NCBI GenBank assembly: GCA_017398425.1
Contig: JAFQFZ010000039.1
Location: 5,006-69,005 of the forward strand
Direction: 5' to 3'
DNA from: Clostridia bacterium
GTDB lineage: Bacteria; Bacillota; Clostridia; Oscillospirales; Acutalibacteraceae
Length of the DNA stretch: 64,000 nucleotides
The notes beneath the pieces are model-generated. The model was not told the origin of the DNA. It made no database searches and saw nothing but the letters and a program-made list of their open reading frames with translations. Shown in pieces: positions 35,409 to 44,479 of the stretch. The stretch's first letter is position 1. Each line of letters starts with the position of its first letter. The position numbers and the translations under genes are program-made.

Positions 35409-37235
35409 ATGGCAACGATTGAAAACTTGAGAAATATTGCGATCATCGCGCACGTTGACCACGGCAAAACCACCCTGGTCGACCAACTGCTTCGTCAAAA
35501 CGGCATCTTCCGTGCCAACGAGCAGGTGGCAGAGCGCGTGATGGACTCGGGCGATCTGGAGCGTGAGCGCGGCATCACCATCCTCGCCAAAAACACCGCC
35601 ATCATGGTGGGCGACACGAAGATCAACATCGTCGACACGCCCGGTCACGCCGACTTCGGCGGTGAGGTGGAGCGTATCCTCCTGATGGTGGACGGCGTGC
35701 TGTTGCTCGTCGACGCGTTCGAAGGCTGTATGCCGCAGACGAGATTCGTTCTGAAGAAGGCGCTCGGTCTGGGCAAAAAGCCGCTCGTGGTCGTCAACAA
35801 GATCGACCGTGAGGGCGCGCGCCCCGACGAAGTGATCGACGAGATTTTGGATCTGTTTATCGAGCTCGGTGCATCGGATGACCAGCTCGACTTCCCCGTG
35901 GTGTACGCTTCGGGGCGCGACGGTTATGCGTCGCTCGATCCGACGGTGCGCGAGGGCGACATGAAGCCGCTCACCGACGCGATCCTCGAGCATATCCCCG
36001 CACCGGAGGGTGACCCCGACGGTCCGCTTCAAATTTTGTTTTCTAATATCGATTACGACGAATACACGGGACGCATCGGCGTCGGTCGCGTGGAACGCGG
36101 CAGCGTCAAAAACGGACAAGGCGTCATGATGTGCTCCGAAAACGGCAAAAACCGCCCTGCGCGCATCGGCAAGCTGTATCAGTTTGAAGGCCTGCGTCGC
36201 GTGGAATGCGAAAGCGCCTCGGTCGGCGATCTGATCGCCGTCAGCGGCATCACGGACATCAACATCGGCGAGACGGCGTGCGCGCCCGATGCGCCCGAGG
36301 CGTTGCCGTTCGTGCGCATCGACGAGCCGACCATTTCGATGCTCTTTATGGTCAATAACAGCCCCTTTGCCGGCAAGGAAGGCAAATTTGTCACCTCGCG
36401 CAATCTGCGCGACCGCCTCTTCAAAGAGGTGCAGACCAACGTCAGTATGCGTGTGCGTGAGACGGAGACGACCGATGCGTTTGAGGTGTCGGGACGCGGC
36501 GAGCTGCATCTGTCCATTTTGATCGAGACGATGCGCCGCGAGGGTTATGAGTTTGCGGTGTCCAATCCGCGCGTGATTTACAAAGAAGAAGACGGCGTGC
36601 TGTATGAGCCGATGGAGCTGTTGATGATCGAGGTGCCTGAGATGTATGTCGGCGCCGTCATGGAAAAGCTCGGCTCGCGCAAGGCGGAGATCGTCAACAT
36701 GGGAACGCGCGATACCGGTACGAGCCACCTCGAATTCCGCATCCCGTCGCGCGGTCTGATGGGTTATCGTCAGCAATTCCTGACCGATACCAACGGCAAC
36801 GGCATCATGAACAGCGTGTTCGAGGGTTACGAGCCGTTCAAGGGCGAGATCTCCCAGCGCTTGCAGGGTTCGCTCGTGTCTTATGAAACGGGCGAGACGA
36901 GTGCTTACGGTTTGTTCAACGCGCAGGATCGCGGCGACTTGTTTGTCGGCGCGGGTGTCGCGGTGTACGAAGGCATGATCGTCGGTCAGTCCCCGAAGAA
37001 CGAGGACATCACCGTCAACGTCTGTAAGAAGAAACACGTGACCAATATGCGCGCCGCCGGTTCGGACGACGCGCTTCGCTTGACACCGCCGACGGTGTTG
37101 TCTTTGGAGCAATCGCTCGAGTTCATCAACGACGATGAGCTTGTGGAGGTCACGCCCAAATCCATCCGTCTTCGCAAGCGCATACTTTCGCACGAACTGC
37201 GCATGAAAGCACTTTCCAAGAAAAAGGATAAGTAA
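35409..37235 (+). CDS. typA: Translational GTPase TypA/BipA
   Basis: [22 protein letters not shown] and [14 protein letters not shown]. Full-length EF-G-like domains. Start could also be the ATG at 35385. Confidence 0.92.
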   Translation: MATIENLRNIAIIAHVDHGKTTLVDQLLRQNGIFRANEQVAERVMDSGDLERERGITILAKNTAIMVGDTKINIVDTPGHADFGGEVERILLMVDGVLLLVDAFEGCMPQTRFVLKKALGLGKKPLVVVNKIDREGARPDEVIDEILDLFIELGASDDQLDFPVVYASGRDGYASLDPTVREGDMKPLTDAILEHIPAPEGDPDGPLQILFSNIDYDEYTGRIGVGRVERGSVKNGQGVMMCSENGKNRPARIGKLYQFEGLRRVECESASVGDLIAVSGITDINIGETACAPDAPEALPFVRIDEPTISMLFMVNNSPFAGKEGKFVTSRNLRDRLFKEVQTNVSMRVRETETTDAFEVSGRGELHLSILIETMRREGYEFAVSNPRVIYKEEDGVLYEPMELLMIEVPEMYVGAVMEKLGSRKAEIVNMGTRDTGTSHLEFRIPSRGLMGYRQQFLTDTNGNGIMNSVFEGYEPFKGEISQRLQGSLVSYETGETSAYGLFNAQDRGDLFVGAGVAVYEGMIVGQSPKNEDITVNVCKKKHVTNMRAAGSDDALRLTPPTVLSLEQSLEFINDDELVEVTPKSIRLRKRILSHELRMKALSKKKDK

Positions 37236-37261
37236 TACAGTTGAATAGGAGGCGACGCCGC

Positions 37262-39445
37262 ATGATCAAAAGACCGTTTCTGATCCTGGGCGTCGCTTCG
37301 TTTTTGTCGGCGTTTATTGCGTCGTTTTTCTCGCTGTGGATCATGATCGTGGCGGCGTTGACAGCGGCGGTCGGAGCTCTTTTTGCGTGGCTGTTGCGCG
37401 CGAAAAAGGGCATGACGACCGTGTCACTTGCTTGCATCGGTGTGTTGCTGGCAAGCGGTGTGTATGCGCTCGAGGAATGGACAGTCGTGCGTCCGGCGTT
37501 GGCGCTCGACGGCACGATCGCCTATGCGGTGATGCGCGTGGAGGAGCAAACGAGCGAGAACGGCTACAAGGTCACCGTGGAAAGCGGCGACCTGCCGCAG
37601 GGACTGCGTATGTATCTGCAGATCAATGACTACACCGTTAAAGCTACGCGAGGTGACGTGTACGTCGGTGAAGTGGTGTTATCGGCGGCGTATACCGAAG
37701 AAAGCCCGTACGGAGAACAGCAAGCCAAGGCAAGCGGTGTCTATCTGTATGCCGAGACGAGCGGCGATCCGTTCTTGTGGTACGACAAACAGTCCGAACG
37801 CCCATGGTGGGATCGCGCTCTTTACGGCGGACGCGAGGCACTTCATAAGTCGCTGCTTGAGCATCTCGATGCGTCCGACGCGGCGCTTTGTGAGAATATG
37901 ACGGTCGGGTCGGGGGCGATCCTCGACGAAACGACCCAAACGGCGTTTCGCCGGTGCGGTGTCTATCATTTGCTGGTGGTATCGGGGTTGCACGTGAGCT
38001 TGCTCACGGGTGCGGTGCTCGCGTTGCTCAAGGCGTGCCGTGTGCATCGTCTTGTGCGCATGATCGCGGCGATGGTGACGGCGGTTCTCTTTGCGGCGTT
38101 TTGCGGATTTTCCATGTCGGTCGTGCGCGCGATGTGGATGATGCTCATCACCCTGTTTGCGGGACTCGTTCATCGCCGTGGTGACGGGCTCAATTCCGTC
38201 GGCCTTGCGGCGCTGGTGATGGTGTGTGTCGACCCGTTTTGCGTGGCCGATATCGGCTGGCAGCTGTCGTTTGTCGCGACGATCGGCATGGTGGGACTTC
38301 TGCCCGTTTGGACACGGGACGTCACCACGCGGATCGCACAGCGTTGGCCTCGTTTCGAACGCTTGACCGTGCCCGTGTTGACCACCGTCGGAGCGAGCCT
38401 TTGTGCCACGCTTGTGACACAGCCGCTCACAGCGTTTTATTTCGGTGAGCTGTCGCTCGTATTTTTGCCTGCCAATTTGTTGTGTGTGCCCGTCGCGTCT
38501 CTTCTCTTGGTGCTGTGCTTTGCGGCGGTGACGATCGGCGGCGTGATACCGCCGATCGCGGATGCGCTCTATGTCGTGATCGCTTGGCTCTGCGATGGGA
38601 TCTCCGGCTATACCGCATGGCTGTCTTCGGCGCCGTGGTCGTCGATCATCGTGTGTACACCGCCGCTTCTTTTGTGGCTGTTTGCGTTGCCCTTTGCGGT
38701 GATCGCGGCGTATCGTGTGCAGAAGATGCAAGGGATCTTGCGCGTAACAGCGTTGATGCTGTGCGTGGTGTGCGTGGCGCAAACGGCGTTTCTTTGGATG
38801 TCCAACGGGGTGACGACGGTGGCGTTTGCGCGGTCCTCGTCGCTGACTGCCCTTGTCAAAACCGACCGCGGTTGCGGGTTGCTGTGCACCGAAAATGAAG
38901 AATCTCTCGCGGCGATCCCGTCGCTTCTTCGCAGGGAGGACGTGTCGAGCTTGGCGTTTGTCGTCGTGTTCCCCGATGAGAACACCGAAAAGCCGCTTGC
39001 GTGGCCGAGTATCCCTGTGGATCATGTGGTGCTGACCGCTCCGAAAAGAAGCTATGCCTCCTTGCCGATCGCCGCGCGCTTCAGTACCCTTTCGGACGGC
39101 GAAGCGTTGCGCTTCGGCGCGCAAAGCGCGTTGGAGCGGGAAGGGGAGAGCTATCGCCTGCGCATCGGGAATACGTCGATGCTGCTCGTTTCGAAGGCGT
39201 GTGATGCGGCGGCACTTCCCGATGCGTGGAAAACCGTCGACGTATTGCTGCTTCGCGGTTCCGTTCCGCAAAATGCGGATGCGCTCACCGCCGATCAGGT
39301 GGTGGTGTATACCGTGCCGATCGCGTCGTATCGCTTGCGTGACACCTTGCCGCATCGGTTCGGTACGTTGTGGCTGCCGTCGTGTTACAAAGCCCCCGTG
39401 TTTTTGACGCGTGGATCGCACGATCTCATCTTGCGCACCTATTAA
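37262..39445 (+). CDS. comEC: ComEC/Rec2-family DNA internalisation channel protein (C-terminal MBL domain lacks the HxHxDH motif)
   Basis: ATG 9 nt after AGGAGG. Competence-domain block FRRCGVYHLLVVSGLHVSLL. Polytopic membrane protein. No HxHxDH anywhere in the C-terminal ~200 aa. Confidence 0.85.
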   Translation: MIKRPFLILGVASFLSAFIASFFSLWIMIVAALTAAVGALFAWLLRAKKGMTTVSLACIGVLLASGVYALEEWTVVRPALALDGTIAYAVMRVEEQTSENGYKVTVESGDLPQGLRMYLQINDYTVKATRGDVYVGEVVLSAAYTEESPYGEQQAKASGVYLYAETSGDPFLWYDKQSERPWWDRALYGGREALHKSLLEHLDASDAALCENMTVGSGAILDETTQTAFRRCGVYHLLVVSGLHVSLLTGAVLALLKACRVHRLVRMIAAMVTAVLFAAFCGFSMSVVRAMWMMLITLFAGLVHRRGDGLNSVGLAALVMVCVDPFCVADIGWQLSFVATIGMVGLLPVWTRDVTTRIAQRWPRFERLTVPVLTTVGASLCATLVTQPLTAFYFGELSLVFLPANLLCVPVASLLLVLCFAAVTIGGVIPPIADALYVVIAWLCDGISGYTAWLSSAPWSSIIVCTPPLLLWLFALPFAVIAAYRVQKMQGILRVTALMLCVVCVAQTAFLWMSNGVTTVAFARSSSLTALVKTDRGCGLLCTENEESLAAIPSLLRREDVSSLAFVVVFPDENTEKPLAWPSIPVDHVVLTAPKRSYASLPIAARFSTLSDGEALRFGAQSALEREGESYRLRIGNTSMLLVSKACDAAALPDAWKTVDVLLLRGSVPQNADALTADQVVVYTVPIASYRLRDTLPHRFGTLWLPSCYKAPVFLTRGSHDLILRTY

Positions 39446-39491
39446 AAATGTGCTATACTGAAGAAAATCGAAATGCAAAGGAGGCGGGGAT

Positions 39492-40547
39492 ATGCCGATG
39501 ACCGAACAAGATCTCAAGCAACATTTGAGCGGTGGTGCGCTGTCACCGCTCTACTTTTTCTACGGTGAGGAACCGTATCTGATCGCGCATTATGCCACGC
39601 GATTGGTCGACAAAGCCGTTCCTCCCGATGATATGGCGGCGTTCAATCTGCATGTGTTTGACGGCACATCGCTGTCGCTCGATGAACTGGAGGCGGCGGT
39701 GGAAGCGTTGCCGCTAATGGGGGACAACACCTGTGTATGGGTGAAGGATTACGATGCCGGTGCGGCGAATGCCGCTGTGACCGAGCGCATGACCGCCATC
39801 CTCAAAACGGTGGCGGAGCCTTGCGTGCTTGTGTTTTCGGTCACGGCGTTTGAACCCGATATGAAGAAAAACGCCAAATGGAAAGCGTTCTTGAAAGAAG
39901 TGGACAAGCGGGGTGTGTCGGTGGCGTTTGTGCGCCGCACCACCTCCGAAACGGCGGCGCTGTTGGTGCGCGGTGCCAAGAAGCGCGGTTGTGCACTCGA
40001 CACCCCGACCGCCAATCTCATGATCGAGCAATGCGGCAACGAGCTGTTCTTGTTGCTCAATGAGCTGGATAAGTTGTGCGCCGTGGTCGGCAACGGCGGC
40101 ACCATCACCCCCGACACGGTCAAAACGGCGGCGGTCAAACAGCTCGATGCTTCGGTGTACGAGCTGTCCAAAGCGTTGTTGCAAAAGCGGTACGACGCGG
40201 CGTACGACTGTATCATGCGGTTGTTTGCGTGCGGCGAAGAACCGATCCGCATTCTGGCGGTGCTGTCGGAATCCTATGCCGATTTGTACCGCGCCAAGAT
40301 CGCGGCGATCGGCGGCGTGCAGGCGAGTGCGCTGTCGCAGGACTTTGTCAGCTACCGCGGACGTGAATTCCGTTTGCGCAATGCGGCGCGCGATTGTCGC
40401 AGTTTGTCGGTGCCGGCTCTGCGCGAATGCTTGCAGATCCTCGGTGTTGCCGACACGCGCATGAAGAGCAACGCTTCGTCGCTCCATCGCCTGATTTTGG
40501 AGGAAACGGTGGCGCGGTTGATCCTCGTTGCGAAGGAGAGCCGCTGA
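39492..40547 (+). CDS. holA: DNA polymerase III delta subunit
   Basis: Conserved comEC-holA order. N-terminal LSPLYFFYGEEPYLI. About 350 aa. Confidence 0.85.
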   Translation: MPMTEQDLKQHLSGGALSPLYFFYGEEPYLIAHYATRLVDKAVPPDDMAAFNLHVFDGTSLSLDELEAAVEALPLMGDNTCVWVKDYDAGAANAAVTERMTAILKTVAEPCVLVFSVTAFEPDMKKNAKWKAFLKEVDKRGVSVAFVRRTTSETAALLVRGAKKRGCALDTPTANLMIEQCGNELFLLLNELDKLCAVVGNGGTITPDTVKTAAVKQLDASVYELSKALLQKRYDAAYDCIMRLFACGEEPIRILAVLSESYADLYRAKIAAIGGVQASALSQDFVSYRGREFRLRNAARDCRSLSVPALRECLQILGVADTRMKSNASSLHRLILEETVARLILVAKESR

Positions 40548-41134
40548 TGAGGCAGGTACACAAGGCGATCGTGGTGGAAGGCCGCTACGATACCATCCGT
40601 CTGCGCACACTTGTGGACGCGGTGATCGTGCAAACCAACGGCTTTCGCATCTTTAAAGATAAAGAATCGATGGCGATGCTTCGCCGTTTGGCGCAAGAGC
40701 GCGGTCTCATCGTGCTGACCGACAGCGACGCGGCGGGATTTCTCATCCGCGACCACATCGCTTCCGCCTTTCCGACGTCACAGGTCGCACACGCGTATAT
40801 TCCTCCCGTCGTCGGCAAGGAATCACGCAAGGACGCTCCGTCCAAAGAAGGGTTGCTCGGCGTGGAGGGAATGCGCGATGAGGCGCTGCTCAAGGCGCTC
40901 GAGCAGGTCGGTGCATTTGAGGAATCTCCCCCGCAAAGGAAACCGTTTTTGACGACGGCGCGCTTGTTTGACGACGGCTTGACGGGACGAAAGGACAGCA
41001 AGAAAAGACGGGAGCAACTGTGTCTGGCGCTGTCGCTCCCGACGCATCTGTCCACAGCGCGATTGTCGGAGGTGCTCAACGCCGCCTACACGGAAGAGGA
41101 GTACACTGCGGCACTGGCATCGCAGAAAGGATGA
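40547..41134 (+). CDS. Toprim-domain protein (RNase M5-like / DUF4093 type)
   Basis: ATG overlaps the holA stop (TGATGA). AIVVEGRYDTIRL...IVLTDSDAAGFLIRDHI is a Toprim signature. Confidence 0.7.
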   Translation: MRQVHKAIVVEGRYDTIRLRTLVDAVIVQTNGFRIFKDKESMAMLRRLAQERGLIVLTDSDAAGFLIRDHIASAFPTSQVAHAYIPPVVGKESRKDAPSKEGLLGVEGMRDEALLKALEQVGAFEESPPQRKPFLTTARLFDDGLTGRKDSKKRREQLCLALSLPTHLSTARLSEVLNAAYTEEEYTAALASQKG

Positions 41135-41140
41135 ATCGGT

Positions 41141-41965
41141 ATGAAACTGCAATATCTCGGTACCGCGGCGGCGGAAGGGTTTCCGGCGATGTTCTGCGAC
41201 TGCGAAACGTGTGAGCGTGCGCGCAAGGCAGGCGGAAAGAATTGGCGCTTGCGAAGCGGTATGCTCGTCAACGACACGGCGATGATCGATTTCGCGCCCG
41301 ATGCGTTGACGATGGTGCAACGCTTCGGCGTGCGGCTGTCGGCGGTGCGTGATCTGTTTGTTACCCATTCGCACCACGACCATTTCAACACAGCGGATCT
41401 GTCAACGCGGGAAAACGGTGCGTTTTGCGTGCTGAAGGACGCGCGCCCGATGAACGTGTTTGCGAACGAAGCGGCGAAAAACCGCTTGGATGCGTATGTC
41501 GGACGTGCCGGATGTGATCACTATCTGAACGTGACGACGGTGTCCTATTTTCAAACCTATGAAGCGGAAAACGGGATGCGTTTCACCTTTTTGCCCGCCG
41601 ATCACGCGCCGTTTGAAAAAGCGGGGTTTTATGTGATGCAGGAGGGGGACAAGACCGCCGTCTATATGCACGACACCGGCATCCCGCCGCAGGAATCGAT
41701 GGCGTATTTGCAGACACTGTCCATCGATTTTCTGAGCGTCGACTGCACCTACGGCTTAGGCAACGAGGAACACGGACACATGGGTGTTCCGGCGATTCGC
41801 CGTGTGGTCGAGGGGCTTCGCCAAAGCGGTGCACTCAAAGCGGATGCCACGGTGGTACTTCACCATTTCACGCACTTTTGCGGTATGCTTCATGAGGAAT
41901 TGGAGCAGGCGGTCAAAGAGGACGGCTTTTTGGTGGCGTACGACGGCATGATCGTCGAAATTTAA
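41141..41965 (+). CDS. MBL-fold metallo-hydrolase (PhnP-like)
   Basis: HSHHDH motif. N-terminal GTAAAEGFPAMFCDCETCERARKAGGKNWRLRS is typical of the PhnP-like subgroup. Confidence 0.75.
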   Translation: MKLQYLGTAAAEGFPAMFCDCETCERARKAGGKNWRLRSGMLVNDTAMIDFAPDALTMVQRFGVRLSAVRDLFVTHSHHDHFNTADLSTRENGAFCVLKDARPMNVFANEAAKNRLDAYVGRAGCDHYLNVTTVSYFQTYEAENGMRFTFLPADHAPFEKAGFYVMQEGDKTAVYMHDTGIPPQESMAYLQTLSIDFLSVDCTYGLGNEEHGHMGVPAIRRVVEGLRQSGALKADATVVLHHFTHFCGMLHEELEQAVKEDGFLVAYDGMIVEI

Positions 41966-41976
41966 CGCGCGGCGTC

Positions 41977-42005
41977 TTGACTTTTGCACGCCGCGAGAGT
42001 ATACT
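41977..42005 (+). promoter_or_regulatory. Promoter of the FMN riboswitch-ribU unit
   Basis: TTGACT, 17 nt, TATACT. Confidence 0.65.
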
Positions 42006-42019
42006 CATATCATGATAAC

Positions 42020-42135
42020 AAGAGTCTTCGGGGCGGGGTGCGATTCCCCACCGGCGGTGAAAGTCCGCGAGCCGCTTGCGCGGTTGATTCGGTGCAATTC
42101 CGAAACCGACGGTACAGTCCGGATGGAAGAAGACG
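42020..42135 (+). ncRNA. FMN riboswitch (RFN element)
   Basis: cttcGGGGCGGGGTGCGATTCCCCACCGGCGGTGAAAGTCCGCGAGC...GGTGCAATTCCGAAACCGACGGTACAGTCCGGATGGAAGAAG matches the RFN consensus blocks. Confidence 0.9.
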
Positions 42136-42163
42136 AAACGACAAGATCGCTTGCGTTTGTATT

Positions 42164-42198
42164 CGCCCCGCGCTTTTTCGGCGCGGGGCGTTTTTGTT
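42164..42198 (+). terminator. FMN riboswitch terminator
   Basis: cgccccgcgc-tttttcg-gcgcggggcg followed by tttttgttt. Confidence 0.85.
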
Positions 42199-42219
42199 TC
42201 GTTAGGGGAGTGTTTGACC

Positions 42220-42885
42220 ATGAAAACCGATCGTATCCGCCATATGTCCGTCACAGCCATGCTGTGCGCGGTGGCATATCTCATCACGTTTGTGTTCCAT
42301 TTCAAGGTGGGTTTCTTGACCTTTGATTTTAAAGACGCGATGTTGGTACTCACGTCGCTGTTGTTTGGGCCGCTCTACGGTGTCGGTTCGGCATTGCTTG
42401 TGGGTCTGCTTGAATTCATCACCATCAGCGACACGGGCTTTTGGGGTCTTGTAATGAACGTGTTGTCCTCCGCGACGATGGCGCTCGTAGCGGGCTTGAT
42501 CTACAAACGTCGCCGTAACCTCGGCGGTGCGGTGGTCGGCTTGGTGAGCGCGGTGGTCGCGACGGTCGCGGTGATGTTGCTCGCCAACCTGTTCATCACC
42601 CCGATCTACACCCCCACTTTGACGCTTTCGGACGTGGCGGCGATGATCCCGACCATGCTGTTGCCGTTCAATCTTTGTAAGGCGGTCATGAATGCGGCGG
42701 TGGTGATGTTGCTTTATAAACCGCTTATCTCGGCTCTGCGCCGCACCGGCATGATTCCAGGGAGCGATAAAGCTTACCGCGTCGGAACGGCGTCGGTGGC
42801 GGTCATCGTTTCGGCGGTTGCGGTGTTTGCGGCGGCTTGTGTGGCGGTGGTCGTTTGGATGGGCGGCTCGGCACAGTTCTTTTAA
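42220..42885 (+). CDS. ribU: ECF-transporter S component for riboflavin
   Basis: ATG after AGGGGAG. Small ~6-TM protein (MKTDRIRHMSVTAMLCAVAYLITFVFHF...) directly behind an FMN riboswitch. Confidence 0.8.
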   Translation: MKTDRIRHMSVTAMLCAVAYLITFVFHFKVGFLTFDFKDAMLVLTSLLFGPLYGVGSALLVGLLEFITISDTGFWGLVMNVLSSATMALVAGLIYKRRRNLGGAVVGLVSAVVATVAVMLLANLFITPIYTPTLTLSDVAAMIPTMLLPFNLCKAVMNAAVVMLLYKPLISALRRTGMIPGSDKAYRVGTASVAVIVSAVAVFAAACVAVVVWMGGSAQFF

Positions 42886-42894
42886 AGAAAACGG

Positions 42895-42922
42895 TTGACA
42901 ACGCCGAAATTTGTGGTATACT
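42895..42922 (+). promoter_or_regulatory. Promoter of the SAM riboswitch-metK unit (extended -10)
   Basis: TTGACA, 16 nt ending in TGg, then TATACT. Confidence 0.65.
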
Positions 42923-42941
42923 GTCAGTGGTCAATTGAATA

Positions 42942-43047
42942 CCCCTTATCAAGAGTGACGGAGGGAACAGGCCCTGTGATGTCCGACAACCTGCCGACGG
43001 AGACGTCGGTAAGGTGCCAAATCCTGCGGGTAAAACCGAAAGATGAG
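42942..43047 (+). ncRNA. SAM-I riboswitch (S-box)
   Basis: CTTATCAAGAGTGACGGAGGGAACAGGCCCTGTGATGTCCGACAACC...GGTGCCAAATCCTGCGGG...AGATGAG matches the S-box consensus. Confidence 0.9.
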
Positions 43048-43057
43048 TTTGCTTTGT

Positions 43058-43090
43058 GTGCGCCGTTCGGTTTTCGAACGGCGCATTTTC
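43058..43090 (+). terminator. S-box terminator
   Basis: gcgccgttcg-gttt-tcgaacggcgc followed by atttt. Confidence 0.85.
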
Positions 43091-43113
43091 GATGTTGAAA
43101 GGAGTTTGATACT

Positions 43114-44298
43114 ATGGCTACCCATTTCTTTACGTCTGAATCGGTGACGGAAGGTCACCCCGATAAAGTGTGCGATCAGGTGTCTGACGCGGTGCTCGAC
43201 GCGATCCTGGCGCAAGACCCTGCGGCGCACGTCGCGTGCGAGACGGTCGCCACCACGGGCATCGTGATGGTGATGGGCGAGATCACCACAACGGCCAAGG
43301 TGGACATCCCTGCCATCGTGCGTGAGGTCACCACCGACATCGGCTACGACGGTCGTGATGAAGGCTTCGACGGCAACACCTGCGAGATCGTGGTGCGCCT
43401 GGATGAGCAATCTCCCGACATCGCCATGGGTGTCAACGACGCGATGGCGGTGCGCGGTCAGAAAGCGGATCCCTATGACGTGACGGGTGCGGGCGATCAG
43501 GGCATGATGTTCGGCTTTGCGTGCGACGAAACGCCCGAATTGATGCCGCTGCCCATCGCGTTGTCTCACAAGCTCGCGCGTCGTTTGACGGCGGTGCGCA
43601 AGGACGGCATCTTGCCGTATCTGCGTCCCGACGGCAAGACGCAGGTGACGGTGGAATACGACGGCGACAAGGCGCTGCGCGTGGAGACGGTCGTGGTGTC
43701 CACCCAGCATGACGCCGACGTGGATCTCGAGACCATTCGCCGCGATCTGATCGCCGAGGTCATCCGTCCGATCGTTCCCGCTGAACTGCTCGACGATAAC
43801 ACGAAGATCCTTGTTAACCCGACGGGTCGTTTCGTGGTCGGCGGACCGCAGGGCGACAGCGGCTTGACGGGTCGCAAGATCATCGTTGATACCTACGGCG
43901 GTCGTGCCGGTCACGGCGGTGGTGCGTTCTCGGGCAAAGACCCGACGAAGGTGGACCGCAGTGCCGCGTACATGGCGCGCTACGCCGCGAAGAACGTCGT
44001 GGCGGCGGGTCTTGCCAAGCGTTGCGAAGTCCAGCTCGCCTACGCCATCGGTGTGGCGCAACCGGTGTCGGTGTTTGTCGATACCGAAGGCACGGGTATT
44101 GCGTCCGACGATGCGATCGCAACGGCGATCAAATCGGTGTTTGATTTCCGTCCCGCCGCCATCATCGATACGCTGAAGCTCCGCCGTCCGCAGTACCGCG
44201 ATGTCGCGGCGTACGGTCACATGGGTCGTGAGGATCTCGACGTGATGTGGGAAAAGACCGACAAGGTCGACGCGCTCAAGGCGGCGCTGAACGCCTAA
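43114..44298 (+). CDS. metK: S-adenosylmethionine synthetase
   Basis: [37 protein letters not shown] and [16 protein letters not shown]. Confidence 0.97.
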   Translation: MATHFFTSESVTEGHPDKVCDQVSDAVLDAILAQDPAAHVACETVATTGIVMVMGEITTTAKVDIPAIVREVTTDIGYDGRDEGFDGNTCEIVVRLDEQSPDIAMGVNDAMAVRGQKADPYDVTGAGDQGMMFGFACDETPELMPLPIALSHKLARRLTAVRKDGILPYLRPDGKTQVTVEYDGDKALRVETVVVSTQHDADVDLETIRRDLIAEVIRPIVPAELLDDNTKILVNPTGRFVVGGPQGDSGLTGRKIIVDTYGGRAGHGGGAFSGKDPTKVDRSAAYMARYAAKNVVAAGLAKRCEVQLAYAIGVAQPVSVFVDTEGTGIASDDAIATAIKSVFDFRPAAIIDTLKLRRPQYRDVAAYGHMGREDLDVMWEKTDKVDALKAALNA

Positions 44299-44314
44299 AA
44301 CCGAATCTTCAAAA

Positions 44315-44356
44315 AACGTCGCATCTGTTCTTTTGGGGGTGGATGCGGCGTTTTTT
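44315..44356 (+). terminator. Terminator after metK
   Basis: acgtcgcatc...gatgcggcgt followed by ttttt (one G-T pair in the stem). Confidence 0.7.
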
Positions 44357-44407
44357 CGTCCATATAGCGGCATATGAGGAAAATTCGAAGAAAATGCGCA
44401 GTTCGGC

Positions 44408-44436
44408 TTGACGAAAATGGATAAAAAGTATATACT
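44408..44436 (+). promoter_or_regulatory. Promoter of the 44480 gene
   Basis: TTGACG, 17 nt, TATACT. This overlaps the track's alternative TTG start, which supports the ATG at 44480. Confidence 0.6.
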
Positions 44437-44479
44437 ATATCCTGGAATTTTGGGGATTATGTCTTTATTGGAGGTTTTT

